This document shows, in pieces, positions 19,163-29,420 of a stretch of 64,000 nt of DNA. A model generated the notes under the pieces. It was not told where the DNA came from. It worked only from the letters and a program-made list of their open reading frames with translations, and ran no database searches. The stretch spans positions 2,848,001 through 2,912,000 of the forward strand of contig OY781089.1 in assembly GCA_963676565.1 (NCBI GenBank). The letters run 5' to 3'. This DNA comes from Halarcobacter sp. GTDB taxonomy: Bacteria > Campylobacterota > Campylobacteria > Campylobacterales > Arcobacteraceae. The position numbers and the translations under genes are program-made. Every line of letters starts with the position of its first letter. Position 1 is the stretch's first letter.

Positions 19163-21283
19163 TTATTTATTTTTTCCTAAAATATGTTGAGCTTCTTGAA
19201 CATAAGCTTGTGCAGCTTTAGCTCTTCTTTCAGTATATTTGAAACCATGAACACCCCATGATCCATCTTTTTTAAGAAGTCTCATAGTAGCCTCTGCTTT
19301 TTCAATTAACTCATTAACTCTTGCTCTATCTTCAATACTTAATTTAGTTACGTCAAGTACTTCATATAAACCTTTAATTGCAACAGTAACCTCATCATAG
19401 ATTTTTTTGATTGGTTTTTGCCATCCCATTACCTCTTCATATATTCTTCTTTGATCTTTGAAGTGTAATGTTTTTTTCAATGTAGACATTGCAATAGAGT
19501 GACAACCTTTGTTATCTTCCATATCTTTGTCTGCCCATGAAGTTTTTCCACAAGCCCACATTAAGTCAATATAATTATGACCTTCATCATTTTTAGCGAT
19601 ATACCAATCTTTGTATTTTTTAGGTACTTGTTGTACTCTAGGTTTTCCTGGAGGTGGATTTAAAGATTTTCTCTCTGGGTCAACATCAATTTTCCAAATA
19701 TGAGATCTTCTTTGTGTATCAAAACCACCATGATCTTGATATTGAACAGCATAGAAATTTTCACAACTCATTGTAAATGGCATGTGACATGCTTTACAAT
19801 CTAATTTGCTGTGTGTATCTTTAGTATTTTCAATAATTAAAGCCTGCTCTTTGTGACAACTTTGACAATTTTTTCTAATAGCAGGTTTTGAATAGAATGA
19901 ACTTAAATAATCTCCAGTATCTGTATATACACCACCTTTTTTGGCTGTAGTTGTAGCTACGTATCCTGTAACATCGTGAGGATCGTGACAAGTAGTACAT
20001 CTCATACCAGCTTCATAGTGTGCAGTAAAGTAAGATTGAGAACCTTCAGACCCACAACCTGGTCCGGCAGATTTAAATTTAGAAGTAAATCCAAGTTCAG
20101 TAGATCTTCTTTTTAACTCTGGGTTTTTAGAATCTCTGAATTTTTCAGCTAAGAATGGTCTGTAAGAGAATCTTTGGTGACATCTTTCACAGTTAGAAGT
20201 CATAAGTCCATTACCACCATTTAAGTGACCACCCGCTCCGTGACACTCTTCACAAGAGATACCTTTTGAAATAGTATGGTCTTGTAATTTTTTTGCATCA
20301 CCTAAAGCATTTTTAAATTCGTTTTCAGTTTTAAAGTCAAATTTCCATGGGTGACATACTTGGCAGTATGATGAAGCAGCTTGAATAGCCATAGATTTTT
20401 TATATCTAGCAGCATATGAAGCTAAACCTCTTACATAACCTGAGTTATCTCCATGTTCTTCTAAAGTTACAGGAAAATCAGGAATATATTCTCTAATTTT
20501 TTTAGCAACTTCTGGAGTTAAATCATTTGCCCATGTTCTTTGGAACTGGTTACCACCAGCTACAATTTTACCTGTACCATCTTTTAACAACCCACCTTCA
20601 ACATGGTACGTACCTCTCATTAGCCAAGCATCCATAAATCCAAGTTTAGTTCTAAGGTGCCCTATTGTACAATATATTACATCAGGAGTAATACCTTTTG
20701 GTAAAATAGAAGCTGTGTCTGTGCCAAAGACTGATTTAGTTAAATCATTACCAACTTCAGGGTGTTCTCCTGGAAATCTAACAGTGGTAGAGTGTCTAGA
20801 TGTGCTCCATTTTTCATATTGTGCCGCATGACATTCTCCACATTTTTCTGGTCCAATAAATTTATTAGGAAATTTTAAAGGATCAGTTTCTGCTAATCTA
20901 TACATAGTAGCAGTAATACCTTTTCTTTTACTGTATTTTTGTAAATCATTACCATGTCCAGCGTGAGAAAACTCTTCTCCTCTATCTACAACTTTTAATT
21001 TACCAACAATTCTACCTTCAGGTAAATATTTAGTAAATACTGGGTGGTTTTTAAAAATCCAGTCATATCTGTCTTTTTCAGCTATAACATAATCTTTAAG
21101 TGAAACTACGCCTCTGCTTTTTAAAGTACCAGAATCTTCAGCTATGATTTTTTGCATATCGTGACTCAATGGAGGCAATTTGCTATTAGTAGCAGTCCCA
21201 TGAGTAGACGCGATTACATTACTTGTCATAACTCCAATACCTAGAAATAAACTAAGCAACAGTTTTCTGCTTAATCTTTCCAT
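19163..21283 (-). CDS. mccA: Octaheme c / copper sulfite reductase MccA (SirA)
   Basis: Seven CxxCH motifs (CGECH, CQVCH, CEECH, CERCH, CTTCH, CQSCH, CKACH) plus the diagnostic CX15CH (CGKTSWADKDMEDNKGCH); extra Cys in GPGCGSEG and MSCENFY. Confidence 0.96.
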   Translation of the reverse strand: MERLSRKLLLSLFLGIGVMTSNVIASTHGTATNSKLPPLSHDMQKIIAEDSGTLKSRGVVSLKDYVIAEKDRYDWIFKNHPVFTKYLPEGRIVGKLKVVDRGEEFSHAGHGNDLQKYSKRKGITATMYRLAETDPLKFPNKFIGPEKCGECHAAQYEKWSTSRHSTTVRFPGEHPEVGNDLTKSVFGTDTASILPKGITPDVIYCTIGHLRTKLGFMDAWLMRGTYHVEGGLLKDGTGKIVAGGNQFQRTWANDLTPEVAKKIREYIPDFPVTLEEHGDNSGYVRGLASYAARYKKSMAIQAASSYCQVCHPWKFDFKTENEFKNALGDAKKLQDHTISKGISCEECHGAGGHLNGGNGLMTSNCERCHQRFSYRPFLAEKFRDSKNPELKRRSTELGFTSKFKSAGPGCGSEGSQSYFTAHYEAGMRCTTCHDPHDVTGYVATTTAKKGGVYTDTGDYLSSFYSKPAIRKNCQSCHKEQALIIENTKDTHSKLDCKACHMPFTMSCENFYAVQYQDHGGFDTQRRSHIWKIDVDPERKSLNPPPGKPRVQQVPKKYKDWYIAKNDEGHNYIDLMWACGKTSWADKDMEDNKGCHSIAMSTLKKTLHFKDQRRIYEEVMGWQKPIKKIYDEVTVAIKGLYEVLDVTKLSIEDRARVNELIEKAEATMRLLKKDGSWGVHGFKYTERRAKAAQAYVQEAQHILGKNK

Positions 21284-21416
21284 TTCTTCTCCTTTATTAT
21301 TTTAGCCCTTTAAAATATATATTGAAGGTTGTATTAATATATATCTTCAAGTACCATGTGAAATACTAACAATAAAAGAGGTGATAAAAGGGAGAAGTGT
21401 TAATTATTTGTTAATT

Positions 21417-22844
21417 TTAGCAGTTAATTTCAATTTTAAATATGACGCCATCATCAATATTTTCAACTAAAATTTTTCCATTGTAACTTTCAATTATAAA
21501 TTTACAAATATAAAGACCAATACCTGAAGCTTCCTTCATATCCTTTGTTGAGAAATAAGGGTTGAAGATTTTATCAATTACATCTTTTGGTATTTGACCT
21601 GCATTGTTTTGAATAGTTATGACTTTTTTATTGTCAGTAATGAATGATTTTATGAAAATCTCTCTATTTTTTTTATTATTATTGACAAAGGCATCCTTCG
21701 CATTATTTATAATATTGATAAATATTTGTACAATCTCATTTTCATTACATTTAAAGTTAAAATTTTCTTTTAAATCTAAAATTATATTTATACTATGTTT
21801 ATCTAAGGAAGCTTTTAGAAGTCTGATTGATTGATTTGTGATTTTTTCTATATTACATTCTTCTCTTTGGGTTTTAGGAGAAAAAAAGTTTTTAAAATCA
21901 TCAATTGTATTTGACATAAAACTTATTTGATTAGCTCCTTCCTCAAGTTTTTTCATAAGTTTTTCATTTGTTAATTTACCCCTTTCACACATAAGCTCTA
22001 AATTTATAAACATTGAAGAAAGATGAGTAAGGGGTTGTTTCCATTGATGTGAAATATTTCCTATCATACTACCCATTACAGCTAATCTATTTTGGTGTTG
22101 TATTAACTTATCTTTTCTGTGTTGCAAAGCTTGATTTTTTTTAAAAATAGAAAAAATCAAACTTAACATCCCAATTAAAGCAAAAAACATTACAGAACCA
22201 CCTGTTAGAAACTGTTGTTTATGACTTTCAATGATTGTATTTACTGGAATTTTAACATAAATCATTGCTCTTAACTCACCAACTTTTTCATAAAAACCTC
22301 TAGAATCTCCGTAAACTTCAACTAAAGAAGTAGGTGCATCTTTTGGATTTCCATGACATTGTAAACAATCGCTAGTGTTCCTACTAGTAGGTTTTGCAAT
22401 AAAAAAATATGATTTATCATTCTCTTCTATCATTGAAAAATATTCTTTTATCTCTTCTGTCCTAAATTTATTTAATATTTTTTCTTCAAAAGGGGTTGCC
22501 ATATGGATTGGATTTAATGGATTGGTAGCAACAAGTTTATATTCATAATTTATTTCATTTTTTTCCCTTTGAACATCATATATATATTGAGAGATATAAG
22601 TAGAAGATAATAATCTTGAATCAAAGTATTTTGATGATTTTTTTGAATCAATTAAATCATATAAAACTGGTCTTTGTATAGTTTCAATATATGTTCTAAT
22701 TGCATTCATACTATTTAGAATTGAAGTTGCTACATTTTTTGTATCTTTTATAGCTAATTGCTTATAGAAGTTGTAAAAAAATGCTGTTAATAGCATATAT
22801 AATACAATAAATAAAGATACTACAAATCTAAAATTAAATTTCAC
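21417..22844 (-). CDS. mccS: Sensor histidine kinase with periplasmic heme c sensor domain
   Basis: CLQCH in the periplasmic domain; ISHQWKQP H-box; GIGLY G-box; sits upstream of mccA. Confidence 0.85.
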   Translation of the reverse strand: MKFNFRFVVSLFIVLYMLLTAFFYNFYKQLAIKDTKNVATSILNSMNAIRTYIETIQRPVLYDLIDSKKSSKYFDSRLLSSTYISQYIYDVQREKNEINYEYKLVATNPLNPIHMATPFEEKILNKFRTEEIKEYFSMIEENDKSYFFIAKPTSRNTSDCLQCHGNPKDAPTSLVEVYGDSRGFYEKVGELRAMIYVKIPVNTIIESHKQQFLTGGSVMFFALIGMLSLIFSIFKKNQALQHRKDKLIQHQNRLAVMGSMIGNISHQWKQPLTHLSSMFINLELMCERGKLTNEKLMKKLEEGANQISFMSNTIDDFKNFFSPKTQREECNIEKITNQSIRLLKASLDKHSINIILDLKENFNFKCNENEIVQIFINIINNAKDAFVNNNKKNREIFIKSFITDNKKVITIQNNAGQIPKDVIDKIFNPYFSTKDMKEASGIGLYICKFIIESYNGKILVENIDDGVIFKIEINC

Positions 22845-23523
22845 ATTTATATCCTAAGCCGTATATATTTGTTATAAATGTACCATCTATTTTTTTTCTT
22901 AATTCTTTTACAATTGCTTTTACAGCTTCTTTTGTAGGTTTATCATAATCCCACATATAATCTAAAATATTATCAAATGTTAAAACTTGATTTTTATTTT
23001 TTAAGAAGTATTCTAAAAGTCTACTTTCACTTTTTGATAATTGAATTATTTTTTTCTTGTTTTCAATTGCTTTAATACAAAAATTATAGTTTGACTCATC
23101 TGTTAATTTAATATTTAAATTATAATCAACTAATTCCATTGCCACAATTCTTAATGCTTCAATTAATTCACTTTTATTAAAAGGTTTTGTTAAGTATTTT
23201 GAAATTTTTAAATCAACTGCTCTCCAAAGATACTCTTGTTCTGTATGGGCAGAAAGTATAATAACAGGAATTTTCTTATTTTTTTCACGAATTTTTTTAA
23301 CAGCTTCTAAACCATCCATTATTGGCATAGATATATCAAAAATTAAAATATCATAATAATTTCCACTAACTTCTTCTAATGCTTTTTCGCCATCATTTAC
23401 AGCAAAAACATCTTCAAAAAAGAGATCAAGAATCTCAGTGATCTCTTCTAAAATACCTTTATTATCGTCAGCGCAAAGCACTTTTTTATTAACTAAAATA
23501 TCTAATTCGTCAAACTCTTTCAT
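22834..23523 (-). CDS. mccR: OmpR-family response regulator
   Basis: DD..., DISMP and KPF receiver motifs plus winged-helix C-terminus; overlaps mccS. Confidence 0.85.
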   Translation of the reverse strand: MKEFDELDILVNKKVLCADDNKGILEEITEILDLFFEDVFAVNDGEKALEEVSGNYYDILIFDISMPIMDGLEAVKKIREKNKKIPVIILSAHTEQEYLWRAVDLKISKYLTKPFNKSELIEALRIVAMELVDYNLNIKLTDESNYNFCIKAIENKKKIIQLSKSESRLLEYFLKNKNQVLTFDNILDYMWDYDKPTKEAVKAIVKELRKKIDGTFITNIYGLGYKCEI

Positions 23524-23690
23524 GAATGAACTTTCATTTATAATTTTAAAAACTATTCTACATCCATGAAAATTAATAAGAGATTAAATTTATATTATAA
23601 GTTTTATCTAAGATTGGACTAACTTACTATTTTATATCTTCTATTTCGAATAGTTTTAAGAAAGTTAGCCAAACTCTTATCAAATAATTT

Positions 23691-24074
23691 TTAATGTTTG
23701 TGATCATGGGAATGTGAATGTGAGTTTTCATGATTTTTTATTATAAGATTCATTTTCTCTTCATTCAATACTTCTAAATCTTTATTATTATATTTTTCAA
23801 TTAATTCATTACTAGTAATTCTATCATCACCTGCATAATAGATATTGATACTTGTATCTTTTAATTTTTTATATGGATTTATCCCCATCTCTTTTATTAC
23901 AATATCTTTTACACCTTTTTTTAAAAACCAATTTATTAATTCAGATCCATGATCAAATGGGTTTTTCTCAACTGTTAAATTAGCACCATCATAAAAAGCA
24001 AAATATTTTGCTTTTCCAAATAATGGTGATATGGCACTATTTTCTTTATTTGTTTTTACGGGAAATGTAATCAT
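23691..24074 (-). CDS. NifB/NifX-family (FeMo-cofactor binding fold) protein with His-rich tail
   Basis: ISPLFGKAKYF and EMG motifs; C-terminal HSHSHDHKH. Confidence 0.8.
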   Translation of the reverse strand: MITFPVKTNKENSAISPLFGKAKYFAFYDGANLTVEKNPFDHGSELINWFLKKGVKDIVIKEMGINPYKKLKDTSINIYYAGDDRITSNELIEKYNNKDLEVLNEEKMNLIIKNHENSHSHSHDHKH

Positions 24075-24125
24075 TTTTAATCCTTATATATTATTTATTA
24101 CTATTTTGTTAAATTTACAAAATTA

Positions 24126-24221
24126 TCAAATTTTCTTTATATTTCTTAAAATTAATCTATAAGAAATATAAATAACAAGAGGCCACGTACATAGCCAAAT
24201 TATTGAACTTAAATATTCCAT
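24126..24221 (-). CDS. 31-aa single-TM peptide, candidate cytochrome bd small subunit
   Basis: Hand-translated MEYLSSIIWLCTWPLVIYISYRLILRNIKKI; AAGGA RBS 7 nt upstream; starts 11 nt after the cydB stop. Confidence 0.75.
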   Translation of the reverse strand: MEYLSSIIWLCTWPLVIYISYRLILRNIKKI

Positions 24222-24232
24222 TGAGCCATCCT

Positions 24233-25366
24233 TTAATAAGTATGTGCATGAGGATCTTCTATCTCCTCTTTTGTAATTTTCACCTTATCCATTTGCATCC
24301 ATGCATAAAAAATATACGCTAATACAAAAGGAACCATAAGTGCCACATAAGACATCACAGTCAATGTATAATGGCTTCCTGAACTATTTATAATAGTTAG
24401 TGAACTTTGTAGGTCAAAACTTGATGGATAGTATGAGGTATTATTAAGTCCTACATTTAAAAATAGAGCCATAACAGTTAAAACAACACCTAATCCACCA
24501 GTTTTGATACAACAAGTTTTATTAAAATGTATTGTTAAAAACACTGCAATAACTACCATTAATATACCAATTATAAACATTCCTAAAACAAAAGGCATCT
24601 CTAAAAAGTTTATTAGATACTTATACTCTTGCATATAAATTTTTAAGTTTTCATCATAAGCAAAACCTGTTTTTGTGAATAAAAGAGATAAAAATAGTAA
24701 AAAGAAAACTAAAAAAATGGGCATATCTATTTTGATACTTTTGATTGCCCTTTCCCTTATAGTCTCATTATCAATATTATTTATAAAATACAATGCACCT
24801 AAAATTCTAACTAAGAAAAAAAGTGCAAAGCCTAAACTTAGATTAAATATTGAAGATAAAGCTTCTAAACCTCTCATTGAAGTATGCCAATGTGAAAAGT
24901 TATTTTCATCTACACTAAAAGCAGAACCAGAAAAAAATGTTGCAATGGCAACTCCAAGTAAAATTACACCTAAACTTCCATTTATAAATAAAAAAGTTTC
25001 ATATACTTTTTGACCTAAAAAATTGTTTGGTTTCTTTCTATACTCATAACTAACTGCTTGAATAATAAAACAAAATAATATTGCCATCCATACCCAATAT
25101 GCTCCACCAAAACTAGTAGAATAAAAAAGTGGGAAAGCAGCAAATAATGCCCCACCAAATAAGACTAAAGTAGTAAATCCAAGCTCCCATTTTCTACCAA
25201 GGGAGTTTATTAACATAGTTTTATATGTTTCATCACCTCTAGCAACTCTTCCTAAAAGTGTCTGACCACCTTGAACAAACATAATAAAGCCAAATAATCC
25301 TCCCAGAAGTGAAATTATTATCCACCAAAACTGTTGTAATTGTAATAATGTTAATTCTTCAAACAT
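24233..25366 (-). CDS. cydB: Cytochrome bd ubiquinol oxidase subunit II
   Basis: FVQGGQ, GRKWELGFTTLVLFGGALFAAFP; start MFEELT at 25366 just after the cydA stop. Confidence 0.93.
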   Translation of the reverse strand: MFEELTLLQLQQFWWIIISLLGGLFGFIMFVQGGQTLLGRVARGDETYKTMLINSLGRKWELGFTTLVLFGGALFAAFPLFYSTSFGGAYWVWMAILFCFIIQAVSYEYRKKPNNFLGQKVYETFLFINGSLGVILLGVAIATFFSGSAFSVDENNFSHWHTSMRGLEALSSIFNLSLGFALFFLVRILGALYFINNIDNETIRERAIKSIKIDMPIFLVFFLLFLSLLFTKTGFAYDENLKIYMQEYKYLINFLEMPFVLGMFIIGILMVVIAVFLTIHFNKTCCIKTGGLGVVLTVMALFLNVGLNNTSYYPSSFDLQSSLTIINSSGSHYTLTVMSYVALMVPFVLAYIFYAWMQMDKVKITKEEIEDPHAHTY

Positions 25367-25367
25367 A

Positions 25368-26894
25368 TCAGTGCCCTCCTTCAGGGCCAATTTTTATCTG
25401 ACCTATCATGATTTTTATCTCGGCAATTAAAAGTGCTGTAAATAAAAAAGCAAACATAAAAAATGTAATTTTTACATTTGATGTTGAGATATCAGTAACA
25501 GCAACGCCAACTGGCATTAAATCCTGTATTGCCCAAGGTTGTCTTCCAACTTCTGCAACAATCCAACCTACCTCACTTGCAATATATCCTAAAGGTATAG
25601 AAGCAACAGAAGCTATCAAAAGCCACTTATAGTTTAAGATATCTCTTTTAAGTGTAAAGAAAAGTAGTAAAGCAAATAAAAATAAAAACCAAGCACCAAG
25701 TGCAACCATTAAGTGAAAAGTGTAAAAGGTCAAAGGGATTGGAGGAACAATATCTTCAGGGGTTTTTAAATGTCCATATCCAAAATATTTCATATTTTCA
25801 ATTAGAATATTTTCATATTTTTGGATATTTTCCACATTATTTTCTCTTTTTGCTTTTTTATACTCTTTTAAAGCATTTATAGCAATTTTCCCTTTATCAA
25901 TCTTACTTTGAGCTGATTCAATATTATATTTTTCATTTCCATAAACTAAATCTTTAAGTCCAGGGACAAAGGCATGAATATCATGGTAAGCTAAAAAAGA
26001 AAGAGCATATGGTGCTTCAAGTTCAAATAAAAATACCTCTTCCTCATTTGTTAAAGTTTTTTTAGGATTTAATACTCCAATTCCAACAATTCCTGCATCA
26101 TTTCTTCCTTCATACAATCCTTCCATCGCTGCTAATTTTACAGGTTGTTTAAGGGCAACTTGATGTGCTGATTCATCACCTGTTATAGTGATAAATATTG
26201 AAGTGATTAGCCCAAAACTAGCAGCTACGATGATTGATTTTTTAGCAAATTCAATCTCTCTTCTTTTTAATAAGTACCAAGCTGAAATTCCAACAACAAA
26301 AAGTGAAGCTACAATATATCCACTTGAGATAGTGTGCAAGAATTTTGAAATGGCAACAGGAGAAAAGATTACATCCCAAAAGTTTTCCATCTCATTTCTA
26401 ACTGTATCTGGATTAAATTTCATTCCAGTGGGATATTGCATCCAACCATTTGCAACTAAAATCCACAAAGCACTCAAATTTGAACCAACTGCAACAAGCC
26501 AAGTTGAAAGAAGATGAAAACCTTTAGAAACTTTATCCCACCCAAAAAACATAACAGCAAAAAAAGTTGATTCCATAAAAAATGCTAAAATTCCCTCTAC
26601 CGCTAAGGGTGCTCCAAAAATATCTCCTACAAACCAAGAATAATTTGCCCAGTTTGTTCCAAATTCGAACTCCATTATAATTCCAGTTGCGACACCAATT
26701 GCGAAGTTTATTGCAAATAGAGTCATCCAAAATTTTGTTGTTTTTTTCCAAAATTCATCACCTGTTTTTACATAAATTGTTTCCATTATTGCAATAATAA
26801 AACCAAGTCCTAAAGTTAAAGGAACAAAAAGCCAATGATATATTGCAGTAAGTGCAAATTGAGCCCGTGACCAGTCTACTAAATGCTCTTCCAT
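25368..26894 (-). CDS. cydA: Cytochrome bd ubiquinol oxidase subunit I
   Basis: SRAQFA..YHWLFVP, MEFEFGTNW, QPVKLAAMEG and GWIVAEVGRQPW motifs. Confidence 0.97.
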   Translation of the reverse strand: MEEHLVDWSRAQFALTAIYHWLFVPLTLGLGFIIAIMETIYVKTGDEFWKKTTKFWMTLFAINFAIGVATGIIMEFEFGTNWANYSWFVGDIFGAPLAVEGILAFFMESTFFAVMFFGWDKVSKGFHLLSTWLVAVGSNLSALWILVANGWMQYPTGMKFNPDTVRNEMENFWDVIFSPVAISKFLHTISSGYIVASLFVVGISAWYLLKRREIEFAKKSIIVAASFGLITSIFITITGDESAHQVALKQPVKLAAMEGLYEGRNDAGIVGIGVLNPKKTLTNEEEVFLFELEAPYALSFLAYHDIHAFVPGLKDLVYGNEKYNIESAQSKIDKGKIAINALKEYKKAKRENNVENIQKYENILIENMKYFGYGHLKTPEDIVPPIPLTFYTFHLMVALGAWFLFLFALLLFFTLKRDILNYKWLLIASVASIPLGYIASEVGWIVAEVGRQPWAIQDLMPVGVAVTDISTSNVKITFFMFAFLFTALLIAEIKIMIGQIKIGPEGGH

Positions 26895-27106
26895 TAGTTA
26901 TCCTTTATAAGATTTTTTAATACAAATTCTATTTTTTCATTATCACTTTTGTATTCAGTTTTAATAGTTTTGTCATAAACAAAAATATTCAAAAAAAGTA
27001 GTATTACAATTAACTTTATAATAATAAGTTTCCATAAAGTTCTGCCTATTTTTAGGTTTTGGAAACCTTCTTTGTAAAGTAGATATATATTAGTTAGTTT
27101 ACTCAT
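26894..27106 (-). CDS. DUF4492-like protein of the cyd operon
   Basis: YKEGF...GRTLW..IIIKL motif; directly upstream of cydA. Confidence 0.8.
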   Translation of the reverse strand: MSKLTNIYLLYKEGFQNLKIGRTLWKLIIIKLIVILLFLNIFVYDKTIKTEYKSDNEKIEFVLKNLIKDN

Positions 27107-27399
27107 ACTTATAACTTTTATAATTTATTTTTATGTATTATACTCCAAGTAAGTTAATTTTATGTTAAATTAATTATAAGTTTAAATTATAATATACTGG
27201 ATGTTTATTAGTATTAAATCAAAAATATTTTGAAGTTAAAGAATTTGATTTACATGTTTTTTGATTGTATTATGTGTATTTTATGATTTTTAAAAGGAAA
27301 AGTTTTAGGGCGTATTTAATTAGCATTGAAGTTTTAGTTTTCTTCTAAAAGAATATTTCAAAAGTTTTTGCAAGCTCTTGAAAATACCCATTTAGAAAA

Positions 27400-28050
27400 C
27401 TAACTAACTATTTTATAACCTCTATGTCGAATAGTTTCAATAAAGTTATCATCGAACTCTTTTTTCAAGGCATTTCTTATTAGATTAATATTAACTTCAA
27501 TAACATTATCAGATACCATTTCTGGTTCTTCCCAGTTTGTTTGAAGTAGTTCATCTTTTGAAATAGAACCTCTGTGTCTATTTTTTAAAAGATAAGCAAG
27601 AATTGAAAATGACTTACCTTTTAAATTCACTACATTTTCATTGTCATCAAATAATTGTTCATTTTTCATGTTAACAATAAACTTATCTTTATATAAGATG
27701 TTTTCTTGGAAATTTTCCCTATGAATTGATTCTATTTTTGTTAATAAATATGTTGTAGACACAGGCAAATGAAGTATATCCATTGCACCATTTTTTAATA
27801 AATCTACTTGAAACTCTTTTGAAGGTTCATTACAAATAAATATCACAGCAGTAAATCTACAATTAATATTTTCTAAAATATTTTTACAATCATAATAACT
27901 GCTTGAATTCACAAGTATCATATTATAATATCTTACTTTGCTATGATAAATAGCATCATCCATATCTTCTGCCACATCTACTATATAAAGGTTATTCTCT
28001 TCTAAATGTTCAATAATTTTTTCATCAATATTATATGATAATAATCTCAT
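27400..28050 (-). CDS. Atypical OmpR-family regulator, HsrA/CosR-like paralogue
   Basis: C-terminus WEEPEMVSDNVIEVNINLIR..IETIRHRGY resembles HsrA/CosR; the receiver lacks the acidic pocket and phospho-Asp. Confidence 0.75.
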   Translation of the reverse strand: MRLLSYNIDEKIIEHLEENNLYIVDVAEDMDDAIYHSKVRYYNMILVNSSSYYDCKNILENINCRFTAVIFICNEPSKEFQVDLLKNGAMDILHLPVSTTYLLTKIESIHRENFQENILYKDKFIVNMKNEQLFDDNENVVNLKGKSFSILAYLLKNRHRGSISKDELLQTNWEEPEMVSDNVIEVNINLIRNALKKEFDDNFIETIRHRGYKIVS

Positions 28051-28223
28051 ACTACCTCTACTTTTTTAATATACGCTTTTACTTTATTATTGTCCGAATA
28101 ATACATAATTTATGATAAATTCTAACTTATTTTATGTATTTTTTTTTATTAAATCAGTCTTTTTTTATCTTATATTAAGTTTTAAATGAAATAATAGGGT
28201 AAATTAACTAATAGGGAGTTAAT

Positions 28224-29420
28224 ATCGAATCCAAAAAGAAAAAATTAATTGTTAAAAATGTATACAAGGTTTTTGGGGAACATCCCAAAAAAGCTTTAAA
28301 TATGTTATCGCAAGGTCTAAGCAAAGAGGAGATTTTTGACAAAACTTCTATGACTATAGGTGTCCAAGATGCAAGTTTTGAGATAAATGAAGGAGAAATC
28401 TTTGTAATTATGGGGCTATCAGGCTCAGGGAAATCTACACTTGTAAGATTACTAAATAGACTTATTGAACCTACTTCTGGTCAGATTATAATTGACCAAA
28501 CAGATATCACAAACTTAAATGACAAAGAATTAATTGATATTAGAAGAAAAAAAATATCAATGGTTTTTCAATCTTTTGCATTAATGCCTCATATGAACAT
28601 TATTGATAATGTTTCATTTGGCTTAGAATTAAGTGGTGTTGAAAAAAATGAAAGATATGAAGCAGCAAGAAAAGCTTTGGCACAAGTAGGACTTGCACAA
28701 CATGAACTTTCATATCCAGATGAACTAAGTGGTGGTATGCAACAAAGAGTAGGACTTGCAAGAGCCTTAGCAAATAATCCAGATATCATGTTAATGGATG
28801 AAGCTTTTTCAGCACTTGATCCACTAATTCGTACAGAAATGCAAGATGAGTTACTAGAACTTCAAGAAAAAGAGAAAAGAACTATTGTCTTTATTTCTCA
28901 TGACTTAGATGAAGCCATAAGAATTGGAGATAGAATTGCTATTATGCAAAATGGTGAAATTGTTCAAATAGGAACACCTGAAGAGATTATAAATGAACCA
29001 GCAAATGATTATGTTAGGTCATTTTTCAAAGGGGTTGATGTAACTTCAGTATTAAATGCTTCACATATAGTAAGAAAGATTAGACCAACTATTATCAATA
29101 AAGAAAGTACAGGGGTTAAATCAGCACTACAATATATAAGTGATTTTGATGAAGATTATGCATATTTCATTGAAAAAAGTGGTAAATATATTGGAATATT
29201 AACTTTAGAATCTTTAAAAGAGCAAAAAGAGCTTGGTGGATCTATTCATGACGCAGTTATAGATGAAGAACCAATTGATGAAGATATGCAAATTTCAGAT
29301 TTTATAACACATGTTGCAGAGCATACTTTCCCAACTGCAGTTATAGATAAGAATGGAAAATACAAAGGTACTATTTCAAAAAGTAGATTACTTAAAGTAT
29401 TTGATGAAGGAGTAGAATAA
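28224..29420 (+). CDS. proV: Glycine betaine/proline ABC transporter ATPase
   Basis: [24 protein letters not shown] and C-terminal CBS region. The conserved N-terminus [15 protein letters not shown] lies upstream of ATG 28302, so the start is placed at ATC 28224. Confidence 0.93.
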   Translation: MESKKKKLIVKNVYKVFGEHPKKALNMLSQGLSKEEIFDKTSMTIGVQDASFEINEGEIFVIMGLSGSGKSTLVRLLNRLIEPTSGQIIIDQTDITNLNDKELIDIRRKKISMVFQSFALMPHMNIIDNVSFGLELSGVEKNERYEAARKALAQVGLAQHELSYPDELSGGMQQRVGLARALANNPDIMLMDEAFSALDPLIRTEMQDELLELQEKEKRTIVFISHDLDEAIRIGDRIAIMQNGEIVQIGTPEEIINEPANDYVRSFFKGVDVTSVLNASHIVRKIRPTIINKESTGVKSALQYISDFDEDYAYFIEKSGKYIGILTLESLKEQKELGGSIHDAVIDEEPIDEDMQISDFITHVAEHTFPTAVIDKNGKYKGTISKSRLLKVFDEGVE

